From Clostridia bacterium (lineage in GTDB: Bacteria; Bacillota; Clostridia; TANB77; CAG-465): a DNA stretch of 64,000 nt. The DNA lies in assembly GCA_051886195.1 (NCBI GenBank), contig JBJEXW010000043.1:20279-84278 (forward strand), in the 5' to 3' direction. The translations under genes were made by a program, and so were the position numbers. The notes under the pieces were generated by a model. The model made no database searches and was not told the origin of the DNA. It saw only the letters and a program-made list of their open reading frames with translations. Positions 17,569 to 27,295 of the stretch are shown one piece after another (within the stretch, counting starts at the first letter, position 1; each line of letters opens with the position of its first letter).

Positions 17569-18546
17569 TTACTTAACAATAAATGCTGTAGGAACGTAAC
17601 GTTCACCAGCTATATCACTTGGTTTATTAACAAGTGCTCCATCAAATACCATTGTTGAAGAAGCTCCTCCATCTAAATTAAAAGCATTATATGCACCATA
17701 ATTTAATAATATATCCTGAGCATTTTTTAGTGTTGCTCCTAAACTATCTGTCTGTCTTCCATCAATAACTAAAAATAAAACAGCTCCATCTTGTCTTTGA
17801 CCTATACATGTACGAGGTTGTATTCCCCATCCACTACCACTACTAATTCTTGGCTGTCCATTAACTATAAGTACTGGTCCAAAAGATATAGCACACCTTA
17901 AATTTAAACTTTCAGCCTGCGCAGCATTAGAGTTATCACTTACATATAATATATTATCTTGTGTAAATCCACACATACTGCAACCAGTGTAATATCCATT
18001 TTCATTTTCGAATATTTTTCCATTAGTTATAAGTAAACCTGTTGGCATTGCTCCTGTTCCAGCAGCATCATCCGCAAGTCCTCCTGCATTGATACCAGCA
18101 ACAGCATTATATGCATCAACAATTTGAGATGTTGTAGATCCAACAGTGGGAACTTTTGGCCCAACTACTAAATCAACACGTGATGGATCATCTATAATCA
18201 TTAAATATGCTTTAAAAGAGTCCGTACTAACATCAACAACCTCAATTCCTTCTGTATTCTTTTGGTTAGTTGGCGCTGTAATTGTTACCTCAGTTAGGTT
18301 CTGTTGTACATCTTCATTTATCCCTCTAGTTCTTGCAAGAATTTCTTGTATCTTCTCATCAGATAAAAACCATGTAGCAAAATATTGATGTGTCATAGTA
18401 GTCATAGATGTTGTTACAATCATATCCCTTGTTGTAGTAAACATTTCAGTATAATAAATTAAATAAATACCAAGTCCTAAAATATATACTACTTCAAATA
18501 TTAAAACTCCTAATATCATTGCAAGTTTTTTTAAGAATTTTTTCAT
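17569..18546 (-). CDS. Phosphodiester glycosidase family protein (DUF2233/NAGPA-like), membrane anchored
   Basis: 325 aa. N-terminal TM, then INAGG, FGPVLIVNG, RTCIGQRQDGAVLFLVIDGR and NLDGGASSTMVF blocks typical of the family. Confidence 0.75.
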   Translation of the reverse strand: MKKFLKKLAMILGVLIFEVVYILGLGIYLIYYTEMFTTTRDMIVTTSMTTMTHQYFATWFLSDEKIQEILARTRGINEDVQQNLTEVTITAPTNQKNTEGIEVVDVSTDSFKAYLMIIDDPSRVDLVVGPKVPTVGSTTSQIVDAYNAVAGINAGGLADDAAGTGAMPTGLLITNGKIFENENGYYTGCSMCGFTQDNILYVSDNSNAAQAESLNLRCAISFGPVLIVNGQPRISSGSGWGIQPRTCIGQRQDGAVLFLVIDGRQTDSLGATLKNAQDILLNYGAYNAFNLDGGASSTMVFDGALVNKPSDIAGERYVPTAFIVK

Positions 18547-18668
18547 CTTTTTCCCTCTCTTTATTTTTTATCTCTTAATATTACTTTTTTTATTCTACCA
18601 AATAATATATTAATTTTCAACATATATATACTTTTTTCACTAAAAATTCACATATATTTATATAATAG

Positions 18669-18713
18669 TAAAAAATAGCAGTACATTTTACATAATTTCG
18701 TTTTGTACTGCTA
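18669..18713 (-). terminator. Probable terminator after the class A PBP gene
   Basis: 9-bp stem TAGCAGTAC / GTACTGCTA with a 20-nt loop, followed on the minus strand by TATTTTTTAC. Confidence 0.45.
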
Positions 18714-18723
18714 CTTTAAAAAT

Positions 18724-21129
18724 CTATTGTGCTACTCCATTTCTATATATAATTACACCGCCACTTCCTGAGCCAGCATGATTTCCATTACATGTTTCTG
18801 CTGGTTTCATATAAGACCAGTCAGCAGAATATTGTCCCTGTGAAGGTGTGTAATCTCTTACTAAGCATGATTTCTTTGTAGTGCTCTTACAAGCTGCAGA
18901 TGCAACCTTTCCTGTCACATTACATATATTTACAAATTGATGCACAGTACATGTATCTGTTGGTATAGAATCAACTGCAACATAATCTGATAATACTCTA
19001 CTTCCTCTTGGGTCTGATTTGCAAGCATCAGTAGCTACTTTTCCAGAATCTCTACAAAGTTCAACTTTTTTAACAGATGCTGGTTCATTTAAGAAAGATG
19101 AACCTGGTTTATCTGCACAAATTGCATTCATAACAGTATTAAATAGCTTTGTAGAATCATATGGATATCCTCTATTTATTGGTTGAGCTTGATCATATCC
19201 AGTCCAACAAGCTATTGTATAATATGATGTGAAACCACAGAACCATCTATCATGGTCATTGTTTGTATTACCTGTTTTACCAGCACATTGAATTGCTCCA
19301 CCATTAATTCTTACTGCTCCATAAGCTGTACCAAATGGATCACTAACAACACTTTCTAAACAGCTTGCTAGCATAAATGCAGTAGAATCCTTCATAACTT
19401 GTTTTGGTTCAGCTTTTGTATTATCTAAAACAATATTTCCATTTCTATCTTCAACTTTTGTATATAGTTTTGGCTCTGTATAATATCCTTGATTTGCAAT
19501 TGTTGAATAAGCGCCAGCAACTTCAAGAGTAGTAACACCACCATAAAATCCACCAAGTGCAAGAGAAGCTGCACTCTTATCATTTTCTGTTAATGATGTT
19601 AAACCACAATTTCTAGCAAAACTTAAACAGAAATCTTCATCGTTTACAAGTAGATTTGCTCTAAGTGCAGGAATGTTCATAGAATCTTCAATAGCCTCTC
19701 TTACAGTAACAAATCCATAGAATGAATGATACCAGTTTACTGGGGTATAATTTCCAATTGAGAATTGTGTGTCATCAAGCCCAGCACCAGGAGATAATAA
19801 TCCTCTTTCAAATGCAGGTCCATAAGCTCCAAATGGTTTCATACAAGAACCAAGTTGTCTATATGTTTGAGTTGCTCTGTTTAATGTTAAATCACCAGTT
19901 TTTTCTCCAGCACCACCAATTAATCCTCTAACTTCACTTTTTTCATTATCTATTACTACCATTGAACCTTGAATTCTATTTCCATCCCAATCTACATAGA
20001 AAATACTTTCGTCTTCAAAAGCTTTATCTATTGCAGATTGAACAGCTGGATCTTGAGTAGTATATATTTTGTATCCATCAGTATAAATCATTTTCATAGC
20101 AATACCTCTAGATACGTTTCTTTGCTCCATTAAGTCATCTATTACTGCTTCAACAACAGCATCGACAAAATATGATTGTGTTCCGCCATAATTTACATCT
20201 TTCTTTTTAAATGCTAACTCATAATTTTGAGCTTCATTATATTCGTCTTCACTAATCATTCCTAATTCTTTCATTTTATCTAGAACTATTTTTTGTCTTT
20301 TGATTAATTTTTCTTTAGCTTCATCGCTTTTATATGGATTTGTAACCTCTGGTGACTGAATCATTGCTGCAATAGCTGCAGATTCTGCTAAATTTAGTTC
20401 TCCAACAGATTTTCCAAAGAAATGATTAGATGCAACTTCTATTCCATAACATCCATCACCATAATATATTGTATTAACATATGACTCAAATATTTGGCTT
20501 TTATCTAATTTTGTTTCAAGAGAAATCGCTCTATACCATTCTCTTATTTTTCTTTGCCATGCAACTTCATCATCTGCTGTAATATTTTTAACTAATTGCT
20601 GTGTTAATGTACTACCACCGAATGTTGAATCTCCACCATTTGCGACATATGTAACTATTGCTCCTAATGTTCTTTTAATATCTATACCATGATGTGTAAA
20701 AAATCTTTCATCCTCAATAGCAACAACTGCATTGACTGTGTTTTTAGGTATTTCATCATATGTAACCATTATTCTGTTTTGACTATCATATAATGATGCA
20801 AGTTCATTTCCATTCATATCATACATAAAAGAAGTCTGTGGTAAAAGTTCTAGTTCATCTAAACTAATACTTTCAGTATCATCTATTATACCAGAAATAA
20901 CTCCAAGTACAATTCCTGCTCCAACTATGCATAAAGCAAGTCCTATTAGAAGAATAGCTCTAAATATCTTCCAACCAATCTTTTTGTTCTTTTTATTTTT
21001 GTTTGGTTCTTTATTCTTAGGATTTTCTTTATCATTCTTCTTATTTACTTTTTTTATGCTACTCTTAGAAACGCTTTTCTTTGAATCTCCTCTAAGTCTT
21101 ACATTTAAAGGTTTATTAGTATTATCCAT
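18724..21129 (-). CDS. Class A penicillin-binding protein (bifunctional transglycosylase/transpeptidase, PBP1A type)
   Basis: 801 aa. Lys-rich cytoplasmic tail plus TM, GT51 motifs AIEDERFFTHHGID and GGSTLTQQL, transpeptidase SCMKP (SxxK) and KTGNT (KTG). Cys-rich C-terminal extension. Confidence 0.92.
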   Translation of the reverse strand: MDNTNKPLNVRLRGDSKKSVSKSSIKKVNKKNDKENPKNKEPNKNKKNKKIGWKIFRAILLIGLALCIVGAGIVLGVISGIIDDTESISLDELELLPQTSFMYDMNGNELASLYDSQNRIMVTYDEIPKNTVNAVVAIEDERFFTHHGIDIKRTLGAIVTYVANGGDSTFGGSTLTQQLVKNITADDEVAWQRKIREWYRAISLETKLDKSQIFESYVNTIYYGDGCYGIEVASNHFFGKSVGELNLAESAAIAAMIQSPEVTNPYKSDEAKEKLIKRQKIVLDKMKELGMISEDEYNEAQNYELAFKKKDVNYGGTQSYFVDAVVEAVIDDLMEQRNVSRGIAMKMIYTDGYKIYTTQDPAVQSAIDKAFEDESIFYVDWDGNRIQGSMVVIDNEKSEVRGLIGGAGEKTGDLTLNRATQTYRQLGSCMKPFGAYGPAFERGLLSPGAGLDDTQFSIGNYTPVNWYHSFYGFVTVREAIEDSMNIPALRANLLVNDEDFCLSFARNCGLTSLTENDKSAASLALGGFYGGVTTLEVAGAYSTIANQGYYTEPKLYTKVEDRNGNIVLDNTKAEPKQVMKDSTAFMLASCLESVVSDPFGTAYGAVRINGGAIQCAGKTGNTNNDHDRWFCGFTSYYTIACWTGYDQAQPINRGYPYDSTKLFNTVMNAICADKPGSSFLNEPASVKKVELCRDSGKVATDACKSDPRGSRVLSDYVAVDSIPTDTCTVHQFVNICNVTGKVASAACKSTTKKSCLVRDYTPSQGQYSADWSYMKPAETCNGNHAGSGSGGVIIYRNGVAQ

Positions 21130-21156
21130 TTTTTCCTCCTGAATATTTCATTCCAC

Positions 21157-21513
21157 TTAAAATATTCCCATTCCTCGTATATTTAAATTTTTCTTTATTG
21201 CCTCTTTAATATTTTTTAAATCTTCGTCACTAACTCTAGTAATTTTCTTTAATAATCTAGATTTATCTAACGTTCTAATTTGCTCAATTAATGCTATAGA
21301 TTTTCTTTCTAAGCCAATTGTACTACTAAGAGGCACATGAGTTGGTAAATTTCTCTTAGATAAACTTGAGGTAATAGGAACAACAATAGTAGTGGGGCTA
21401 TATCTATTGCCTTTATTATTTTGAATGATAAGCACTGGTCTAATTCCACCTTGCTCACTTCCAACTGTTGGCGTCAATACAGCATAAAATATGTCTCCTA
21501 ATTTTATTTTCAA
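21157..21513 (-). CDS. mazF: MazF/PemK-family endoribonuclease toxin (EndoA/NdoA-like)
   Basis: GDIFYAVLTPTVGSEQGGIRPVLIIQNN...PTTIVVPITS...LPTHV...IEQIRTLDKSRL aligns along the whole length with B. subtilis EndoA from memory. Probable TTG start at 21513, 10 nt downstream of AAAGGAGG. The track start at 21540 is a GTG with no RBS. Confidence 0.88.
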   Translation of the reverse strand: MKIKLGDIFYAVLTPTVGSEQGGIRPVLIIQNNKGNRYSPTTIVVPITSSLSKRNLPTHVPLSSTIGLERKSIALIEQIRTLDKSRLLKKITRVSDEDLKNIKEAIKKNLNIRGMGIF

Positions 21514-21571
21514 ATATACTTTACCTCCTTTATTATACACTATTATGTTTTGTTAGTAAATAGCTAATTTG

Positions 21572-22225
21572 TTATTTTTTGACTATAAAAGACTTAAAAA
21601 CCATTGAATATAGCTCTTTTTCTTCTGAATTATACATTTTTATTTCAATAATCTTACAATTATCTTTTAAAGTATATATTTCTATCTTTTTTACCTTCTC
21701 TATATATGGTTCATCTGTTATTATATAATATATATATTTATTATCTTGCTCTATTCTTTTTATATTGCCAGCTAATTCGTTATTTGTTACTCTCCTAAAA
21801 CACTCAATTATACTAGAAAATGACATAACATTATTTTTTAGTATTTCATTGTTGATTATTACATAATCATTTTCCATATTTTTTTTTAATATTTTAGTGT
21901 CATTTGACGAAATTGTTATATTTAAAGAATCATCTATTATCATATTATATATTTGATTTTCAAAGTCTACATTTTCTTTTACATTATAACAATTTGTTGT
22001 TCTATTACCACTTACTGTAATATCATATTCAGCTTCATATTGTATAGCACTTATTATTTCTTCAATTTTTTTACTAGTATTCATATTATCATTATGATTT
22101 TTATCTATACAAATAAAATAAAAAGAATAAGCTATTATCATTATAGCAATTAATACACAAATAATAATTAATATTTTCACTTTAGTATCAAAGGTAATAT
22201 TTAATATTTTTAAATTATTTTTCAT
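21572..22225 (-). CDS. Hypothetical N-terminally anchored protein, 217 aa
   Basis: One N-terminal TM (ILIIICVLIAIMIIAYSFYFI) followed by a beta-rich domain of about 170 aa. No MazE/AbrB/RHH features. Confidence 0.5.
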   Translation of the reverse strand: MKNNLKILNITFDTKVKILIIICVLIAIMIIAYSFYFICIDKNHNDNMNTSKKIEEIISAIQYEAEYDITVSGNRTTNCYNVKENVDFENQIYNMIIDDSLNITISSNDTKILKKNMENDYVIINNEILKNNVMSFSSIIECFRRVTNNELAGNIKRIEQDNKYIYYIITDEPYIEKVKKIEIYTLKDNCKIIEIKMYNSEEKELYSMVFKSFIVKK

Positions 22226-22257
22226 TCTTTCACCAATAAAATTATATGAAGAAATAC

Positions 22258-22287
22258 ATAAAAAATAACTAGCATTATCATGCTAGT
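22258..22287 (-). terminator. Intrinsic terminator after the beta-CASP gene
   Basis: ACTAGCAT-4 nt-ATGCTAGT, followed on the minus strand by TATTTTTTATG. Confidence 0.65.
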
Positions 22288-22296
22288 CATTTATAC

Positions 22297-23913
22297 TTAT
22301 GTTTGAGCATTTACATTATCTATTGAATCTTGAACTTCTTTTAGTTTTTCTACAATAGTTTGTAAATATTCTGTATCCACATCGCTCTTTAAGTTTCTCT
22401 TAACATTATTTGTCATTGTATCAACTTCTTCTTTTAAAGAAGTCATTAATTCTAATATATTATATCTTGTAGCTTTATATGAGTTCTTTCCATCGGATAA
22501 TAATGTACCATTAACATCATATTGTTCTTGATAAGCAGGAATTATACTATTTATTTTAAATCCTTGTTCAATATACTCTTTTAATACTTTCTGTGCTTCT
22601 TTTTCACCATGAACAATAAATATTTGTTCTGGCTTTTTATTCATAGCACCAACCCAATTTAAAAGTCCATCTCTATCTGCATGACCTGAAAAGGCATCAA
22701 GCGATTTTATTTCAGCCTTAACAGCAATCTCTTCGCCAAATATCTTTACTAATGGTTCACCATTCATTATCTTTCTACCAAGAGTTCCCTCTGCTTGATA
22801 TCCAACAAATAAAATTGTGCATTCAGATCTATACAAATTATGTTTTAAATGGTGCTTAATCCTTCCAACCTCACACATTCCACTTGCAGATATTATAATT
22901 TTAGGTTCCATATCATCATTTAAAGCTTGTGATTCTTCACTAGTTTCTACAAAATGTAGATTATCAAAAACAAGTGGATTATCCCCTTTTAATAAATAAG
23001 ATAATGCTTCTTCGTCATAATAGCTATGTTGACTTTCAAATATTCTTGTAGCATTTACAGCTAGAGGACTATCTACATAAACTGGTACTTTTGAAAGTTC
23101 ATCTTTTACTCTATCATCTGTTAAATATTTATTAATTTCATATAGAATCTCCTGAGTTCTTCCAACTGCAAATGAAGGAATAATAACATTTCCTCCTCTT
23201 CTAATTGTCTCTAAAATTATTTGTATAAATTTAGAAGATTGATCCTTTATACTACTATGTAATCTATCTCCATAAGTAGACTCCATAACTAAAATATCCG
23301 CACTATCAATTGTTACAGGATCATTAATTATTGGAAGATTCTTATTTCCTAAATCTCCTGTAAATACAACTTTCTTTTCTTCTCCATTTTCTTTTAAATA
23401 TAGCTCTACAATAGCAGATCCTAGCATATGTCCTGCATCCTTAAGTTCAAATGAAATATCATCATTTACTTTTATTCTTGTATTATACTCCAACCCCTTA
23501 AATATTTCTAAACAATCTATTGCGTCTTGTTCTGTATATATAGGATCATTAGGCTTTTTGCCTGCACGCATTCTTTTTCTATTTACCCATTCTATTTCAT
23601 TTTCTTGTATATGTCCACTATCTGGCAACATTATCTTACAAAGTTCTCTAGTTGCACTTGTGCAATATACTGGATTTTTATATCCTGCCTTATATAATTT
23701 AGGTATTCTTCCACTATGATCTATATGTGCATGTGTTAGTATCATAAACTCAATCTCTTGTATGTTAAATGGAAATTCTTCATAGTTTAACATTTGATCT
23801 GTTAAATTTCCTTGGAAAAGCCCACAATCAATTAAAAATTTATGTCCTGCAGCATTGACCATATGACATGAGCCTGTAACGTCTTCTGCAGCTCCGTAAA
23901 ATGTAATATTCAT
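22297..23913 (-). CDS. MBL-fold beta-CASP family hydrolase (RNA-metabolising metallo-beta-lactamase)
   Basis: 538 aa. HAHIDHSG (HxHxDH), later FSGHADRDGL and VHGE motifs of the beta-CASP/CPSF-like family. Coiled-coil-like C-terminal extension of about 80 aa. Confidence 0.8.
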   Translation of the reverse strand: MNITFYGAAEDVTGSCHMVNAAGHKFLIDCGLFQGNLTDQMLNYEEFPFNIQEIEFMILTHAHIDHSGRIPKLYKAGYKNPVYCTSATRELCKIMLPDSGHIQENEIEWVNRKRMRAGKKPNDPIYTEQDAIDCLEIFKGLEYNTRIKVNDDISFELKDAGHMLGSAIVELYLKENGEEKKVVFTGDLGNKNLPIINDPVTIDSADILVMESTYGDRLHSSIKDQSSKFIQIILETIRRGGNVIIPSFAVGRTQEILYEINKYLTDDRVKDELSKVPVYVDSPLAVNATRIFESQHSYYDEEALSYLLKGDNPLVFDNLHFVETSEESQALNDDMEPKIIISASGMCEVGRIKHHLKHNLYRSECTILFVGYQAEGTLGRKIMNGEPLVKIFGEEIAVKAEIKSLDAFSGHADRDGLLNWVGAMNKKPEQIFIVHGEKEAQKVLKEYIEQGFKINSIIPAYQEQYDVNGTLLSDGKNSYKATRYNILELMTSLKEEVDTMTNNVKRNLKSDVDTEYLQTIVEKLKEVQDSIDNVNAQT

Positions 23914-23972
23914 TATTCATCAACCTCTCATATCTTTATATTATTATATTTTCAAACTTTTTTCAACTAGAA

Positions 23973-26216
23973 TTAAATAAATGTAGGATTTTTAGTAATA
24001 GATAAAGATGTATCTCTTCTTTTTTTAGTATTAAAAATTTTTATTTTTCCATATATTTGACTATATATTCTAGTATTTAATTTTGCCTTTACCATTACGT
24101 TTACTCTAAACCTATTATTTAATTTTTGTATAAATGGTGATTTTGGAGAAAAAACTCTATATTCATTCTGATTATTATAATTTAATATATTATACATTTT
24201 CTCAGCATCATCTTTAACATCTTGTAAATTTTTACCACTTATCTCAAATAGAAGTATATCGATAAACGGTGGATATCCAAATGTTTTTCTGTATTCAATT
24301 TCCTTATTAAAAAATTCTAAATAATCATTATGTTTTACTGCCTCTAATATATAGTTATCTGTATCACTTGTTTGAATTAATACTCTTCCAGGCTTTGTAC
24401 TTCTTCCTGCTCTTCCTGACACTTGATAAATATTTGAAAACGCTCTCTCAGAAGCACTAAAATCATTCATAGCAAGTAGCGCATCTGTTCCAATTATTCC
24501 AACTAAAGTAACATTTGGCATATCATGCCCTTTACTAATCATTTGGGTTCCAATTAATACATCAACTCTACTATTTTTAAATTCATCTAGTATTTTTTGC
24601 TGTGAATCTCTTGCTACTGTTGTATCTGCATCCATTCTAAGTACAGAAATATTTGGAAAACATTCTCTTAATTCTTCTTCAAGTTTTTCGGTTCCTAAAT
24701 TATAGCTAGATATCTCCTCTGAACCACATTTTGGACAGATATGTACGTTTTTTTCAACATGTGAGCAATAATGACATAGTAACAAATTATTACTTTTATG
24801 ATATGTCATAGCCACATCACAATTAGGACAATTAAAAACATAGCCACACTCTTTGCAAGTTAAATATGAGTTATATCCTCTTTTATTTAAAAACAACATT
24901 GTCTGTTCTTTATTGTCTATGTTTTCTTGTATTGCCGCTTTAAGTTTTAAGGATATGCTAGATGTATTTCCCATAATCCTATCATCTTTTAAATTTACTA
25001 TTTCAACTTCTGGAAGCTTAGCATTTGCTGCTCTATTTTTCATTTCAAACAATTCTACATTACCATTTATTGCTTTGTTATATGTGCTAATCTCAGGTGT
25101 AGCACTTCCTAATACTAAAACAGCTCCCGATTCTTTGCAAATATATGCAGCAATATCTTTTGTTGAATATTTTGGCTTAGTTTGAGAATAATAACTTGTG
25201 TCGTGCTCCTCATCTATTATTACAAGTCCAATGTTATCTAATGGTGCAAATATAGCAGATCTTGCTCCAATTACTATATTTACTTTTCCCATTTTAATTC
25301 GCTTGTATTCTTCTTTTCTTTGAGCAATTGTCATTTTACTATGAAGTATTGCAATATCATTTCCAAATCTAGCTACAAATCTTTCTACAGTTTGATATGT
25401 CAAAGAAATTTCTGGTACAAGTACAATAGCTTTTCTTCCTTGAACTAAAACTCTTTCTATTAGCTGTAAATATACTTCTGTTTTTCCACTTCCAGTTACT
25501 CCATGAATTAAACACTGCTTATATTCTTCATCAAAAATAAACCTACTAATACCATCAATTACTTCTTTTTGTTCGTCTGTCGGAGTAAGAGCTGAAGTTT
25601 TTTCAACTTTAAGCTCTTTTAAGAAGTCATTTTCCTTGTCCACTTCTATAATATCTATATATCCATTTTTCTTTGCTGTATTAATTACACTTCTAGAAAT
25701 TGAAAGACCATCTACAATATCACTTATTAAAACATTATCTGTATACATTAAAAAAGATAAAAGTTGTATTTGCTTTGCACTCTTTATAACATTAGACTCA
25801 ATATCTTGCATAATTTCATCATTGGATTTAACCAAAATTACTTTCTTATCTTTTCTAGTATCTAAACTTTTACTGCTATTTTTAGACTTTGTGCCTGGTG
25901 GCAACATTAATTTTAATGCATCATAAACATTACAAAAATATACATAAGCTATATATTTAGCAAGTTTTAATCTATTATCATCAACATATGATACATCATC
26001 TAATATACTTTCTATTTCTTTTAGTTTGTACTTTGGCTGTTCATATTCGTTTTCTAATTTTACAATAATTCCTTCTTCTAGTTTTTTTCCTCTCCCAAAA
26101 CTTACTTGTACCCTTTTTCCAATTTCAACATCATTTTCTAGTTCTTCTGGTACTAAGTAATCATAAACCTTATTTAATGTATTTACGGATGTATTAATTA
26201 ATATTTTAGCTAACAT
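23973..26216 (-). CDS. priA: Primosomal protein N' (replication restart helicase PriA)
   Basis: 747 aa. Walker A GVTGSGKTEVY, IIDEEHD box, and the Cys cluster CKECGYVFNCPNCDVAMTYH...CHYCSH...CPKCGS. Confidence 0.93.
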   Translation of the reverse strand: MLAKILINTSVNTLNKVYDYLVPEELENDVEIGKRVQVSFGRGKKLEEGIIVKLENEYEQPKYKLKEIESILDDVSYVDDNRLKLAKYIAYVYFCNVYDALKLMLPPGTKSKNSSKSLDTRKDKKVILVKSNDEIMQDIESNVIKSAKQIQLLSFLMYTDNVLISDIVDGLSISRSVINTAKKNGYIDIIEVDKENDFLKELKVEKTSALTPTDEQKEVIDGISRFIFDEEYKQCLIHGVTGSGKTEVYLQLIERVLVQGRKAIVLVPEISLTYQTVERFVARFGNDIAILHSKMTIAQRKEEYKRIKMGKVNIVIGARSAIFAPLDNIGLVIIDEEHDTSYYSQTKPKYSTKDIAAYICKESGAVLVLGSATPEISTYNKAINGNVELFEMKNRAANAKLPEVEIVNLKDDRIMGNTSSISLKLKAAIQENIDNKEQTMLFLNKRGYNSYLTCKECGYVFNCPNCDVAMTYHKSNNLLLCHYCSHVEKNVHICPKCGSEEISSYNLGTEKLEEELRECFPNISVLRMDADTTVARDSQQKILDEFKNSRVDVLIGTQMISKGHDMPNVTLVGIIGTDALLAMNDFSASERAFSNIYQVSGRAGRSTKPGRVLIQTSDTDNYILEAVKHNDYLEFFNKEIEYRKTFGYPPFIDILLFEISGKNLQDVKDDAEKMYNILNYNNQNEYRVFSPKSPFIQKLNNRFRVNVMVKAKLNTRIYSQIYGKIKIFNTKKRRDTSLSITKNPTFI

Positions 26217-26285
26217 TTCACACCTCTTATAATATTATATATTAGTACTTTTTAAGTGTCAAGAATAAAATAAACATACGTTTAA

Positions 26286-26318
26286 GAAAAAAAGATCTAA
26301 GAAAAAATCTTAGATCTT
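26286..26318 (-). terminator. Intrinsic terminator after the kinase-like gene
   Basis: AAGATCTAAGA-5 nt-TCTTAGATCTT, followed on the minus strand by TTTTTTTC. Confidence 0.75.
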
Positions 26319-26324
26319 ATATTT

Positions 26325-26888
26325 TTACTCTTTATCTTTAAGCCATTTTTTATATTCATTTAAAATTATATCTGCAACTTCTTTTGGATCTTTATTTGTT
26401 GTATCAATAACTAAATCATAGTTACTCATATCGTCACGTTTTACATTATATGTTTTAAGATATCTCATATTTTCTTGTTCATATCTATATTTAATATCTT
26501 TCATCGCTGCTTCAATAGATTCATATTTTTCAGTATCTTTTCTTAAAGAATCATTATATGCACGTTTAGCTGCTTCCTTTAGTTCAACTTTTAAATATAC
26601 TTTAAAAGAATGAGGAACAGCGTAAAACCCAAGTCTTGCATCTATTATTAGGTTATCGTGTTCCTTAGCATATATTGATGCACTTTTTTCAACTTCTCTA
26701 TCGATTTCTTCATGAGCATTTAAATACTCTTGGAACTCAACAATAGACATATTCATATCTTTTGCAAGTTTCCTAACATATTCACCGTTTTTATAAACTT
26801 CATATCCCAACTCTTGTTTAAGTAGAGAGGTTACTGTTCCCTTTCCACTTGCTATATCTCCAGCCATAGTTATAATATGTATATTCAT
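26325..26888 (-). CDS. P-loop nucleotide kinase-like protein (cytidylate-kinase-like family)
   Basis: 187 aa. N-terminal P-loop ITMAGDIASGKGT, with the size and layout of small NMP-kinase-like proteins. Not a canonical gmk or cmk by motif. Confidence 0.55.
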   Translation of the reverse strand: MNIHIITMAGDIASGKGTVTSLLKQELGYEVYKNGEYVRKLAKDMNMSIVEFQEYLNAHEEIDREVEKSASIYAKEHDNLIIDARLGFYAVPHSFKVYLKVELKEAAKRAYNDSLRKDTEKYESIEAAMKDIKYRYEQENMRYLKTYNVKRDDMSNYDLVIDTTNKDPKEVADIILNEYKKWLKDKE

Positions 26889-26893
26889 AAAAC

Positions 26894-27202
26894 TTACTCC
26901 TTGCTTGCTTCTTGTGCTTCTCTTATTTCTTTTTCTAATTCTGCTTCAGGAGTAACAGCATATTCTCCATTTATTTTTATATATACTTTTCCTTCTGTAA
27001 TTTCTTTTGATGCTCTATCTACTGCATCAAATACATATTCGGAATAATCTTCTTTTCCTTCTTTAATTTTATCTCTATTTTGATTATATTTTTCTAATCT
27101 TTCAGCTTCTAGTTTTCTAGCTCTTTTTGCTATTGCAAGTACAGATTGATATCTGTTTCCAACTTTAGGCATAATTTCTTTAACGTTTGGTTTTGATAAC
27201 AT
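26894..27202 (-). CDS. rpoZ: DNA-directed RNA polymerase subunit omega
   Basis: 102 aa. KVGNRYQSVLAIAKRARKL is the RpoZ core. Acidic C-terminal extension. Confidence 0.85.
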   Translation of the reverse strand: MLSKPNVKEIMPKVGNRYQSVLAIAKRARKLEAERLEKYNQNRDKIKEGKEDYSEYVFDAVDRASKEITEGKVYIKINGEYAVTPEAELEKEIREAQEASKE

Positions 27203-27295
27203 TTTATTTCCCCCTTTAAAATTATAACATATATTATATACTAATTTTTAATATTTGTAAATATCTTAAAATACATAATCCATATATTTTTCAAA

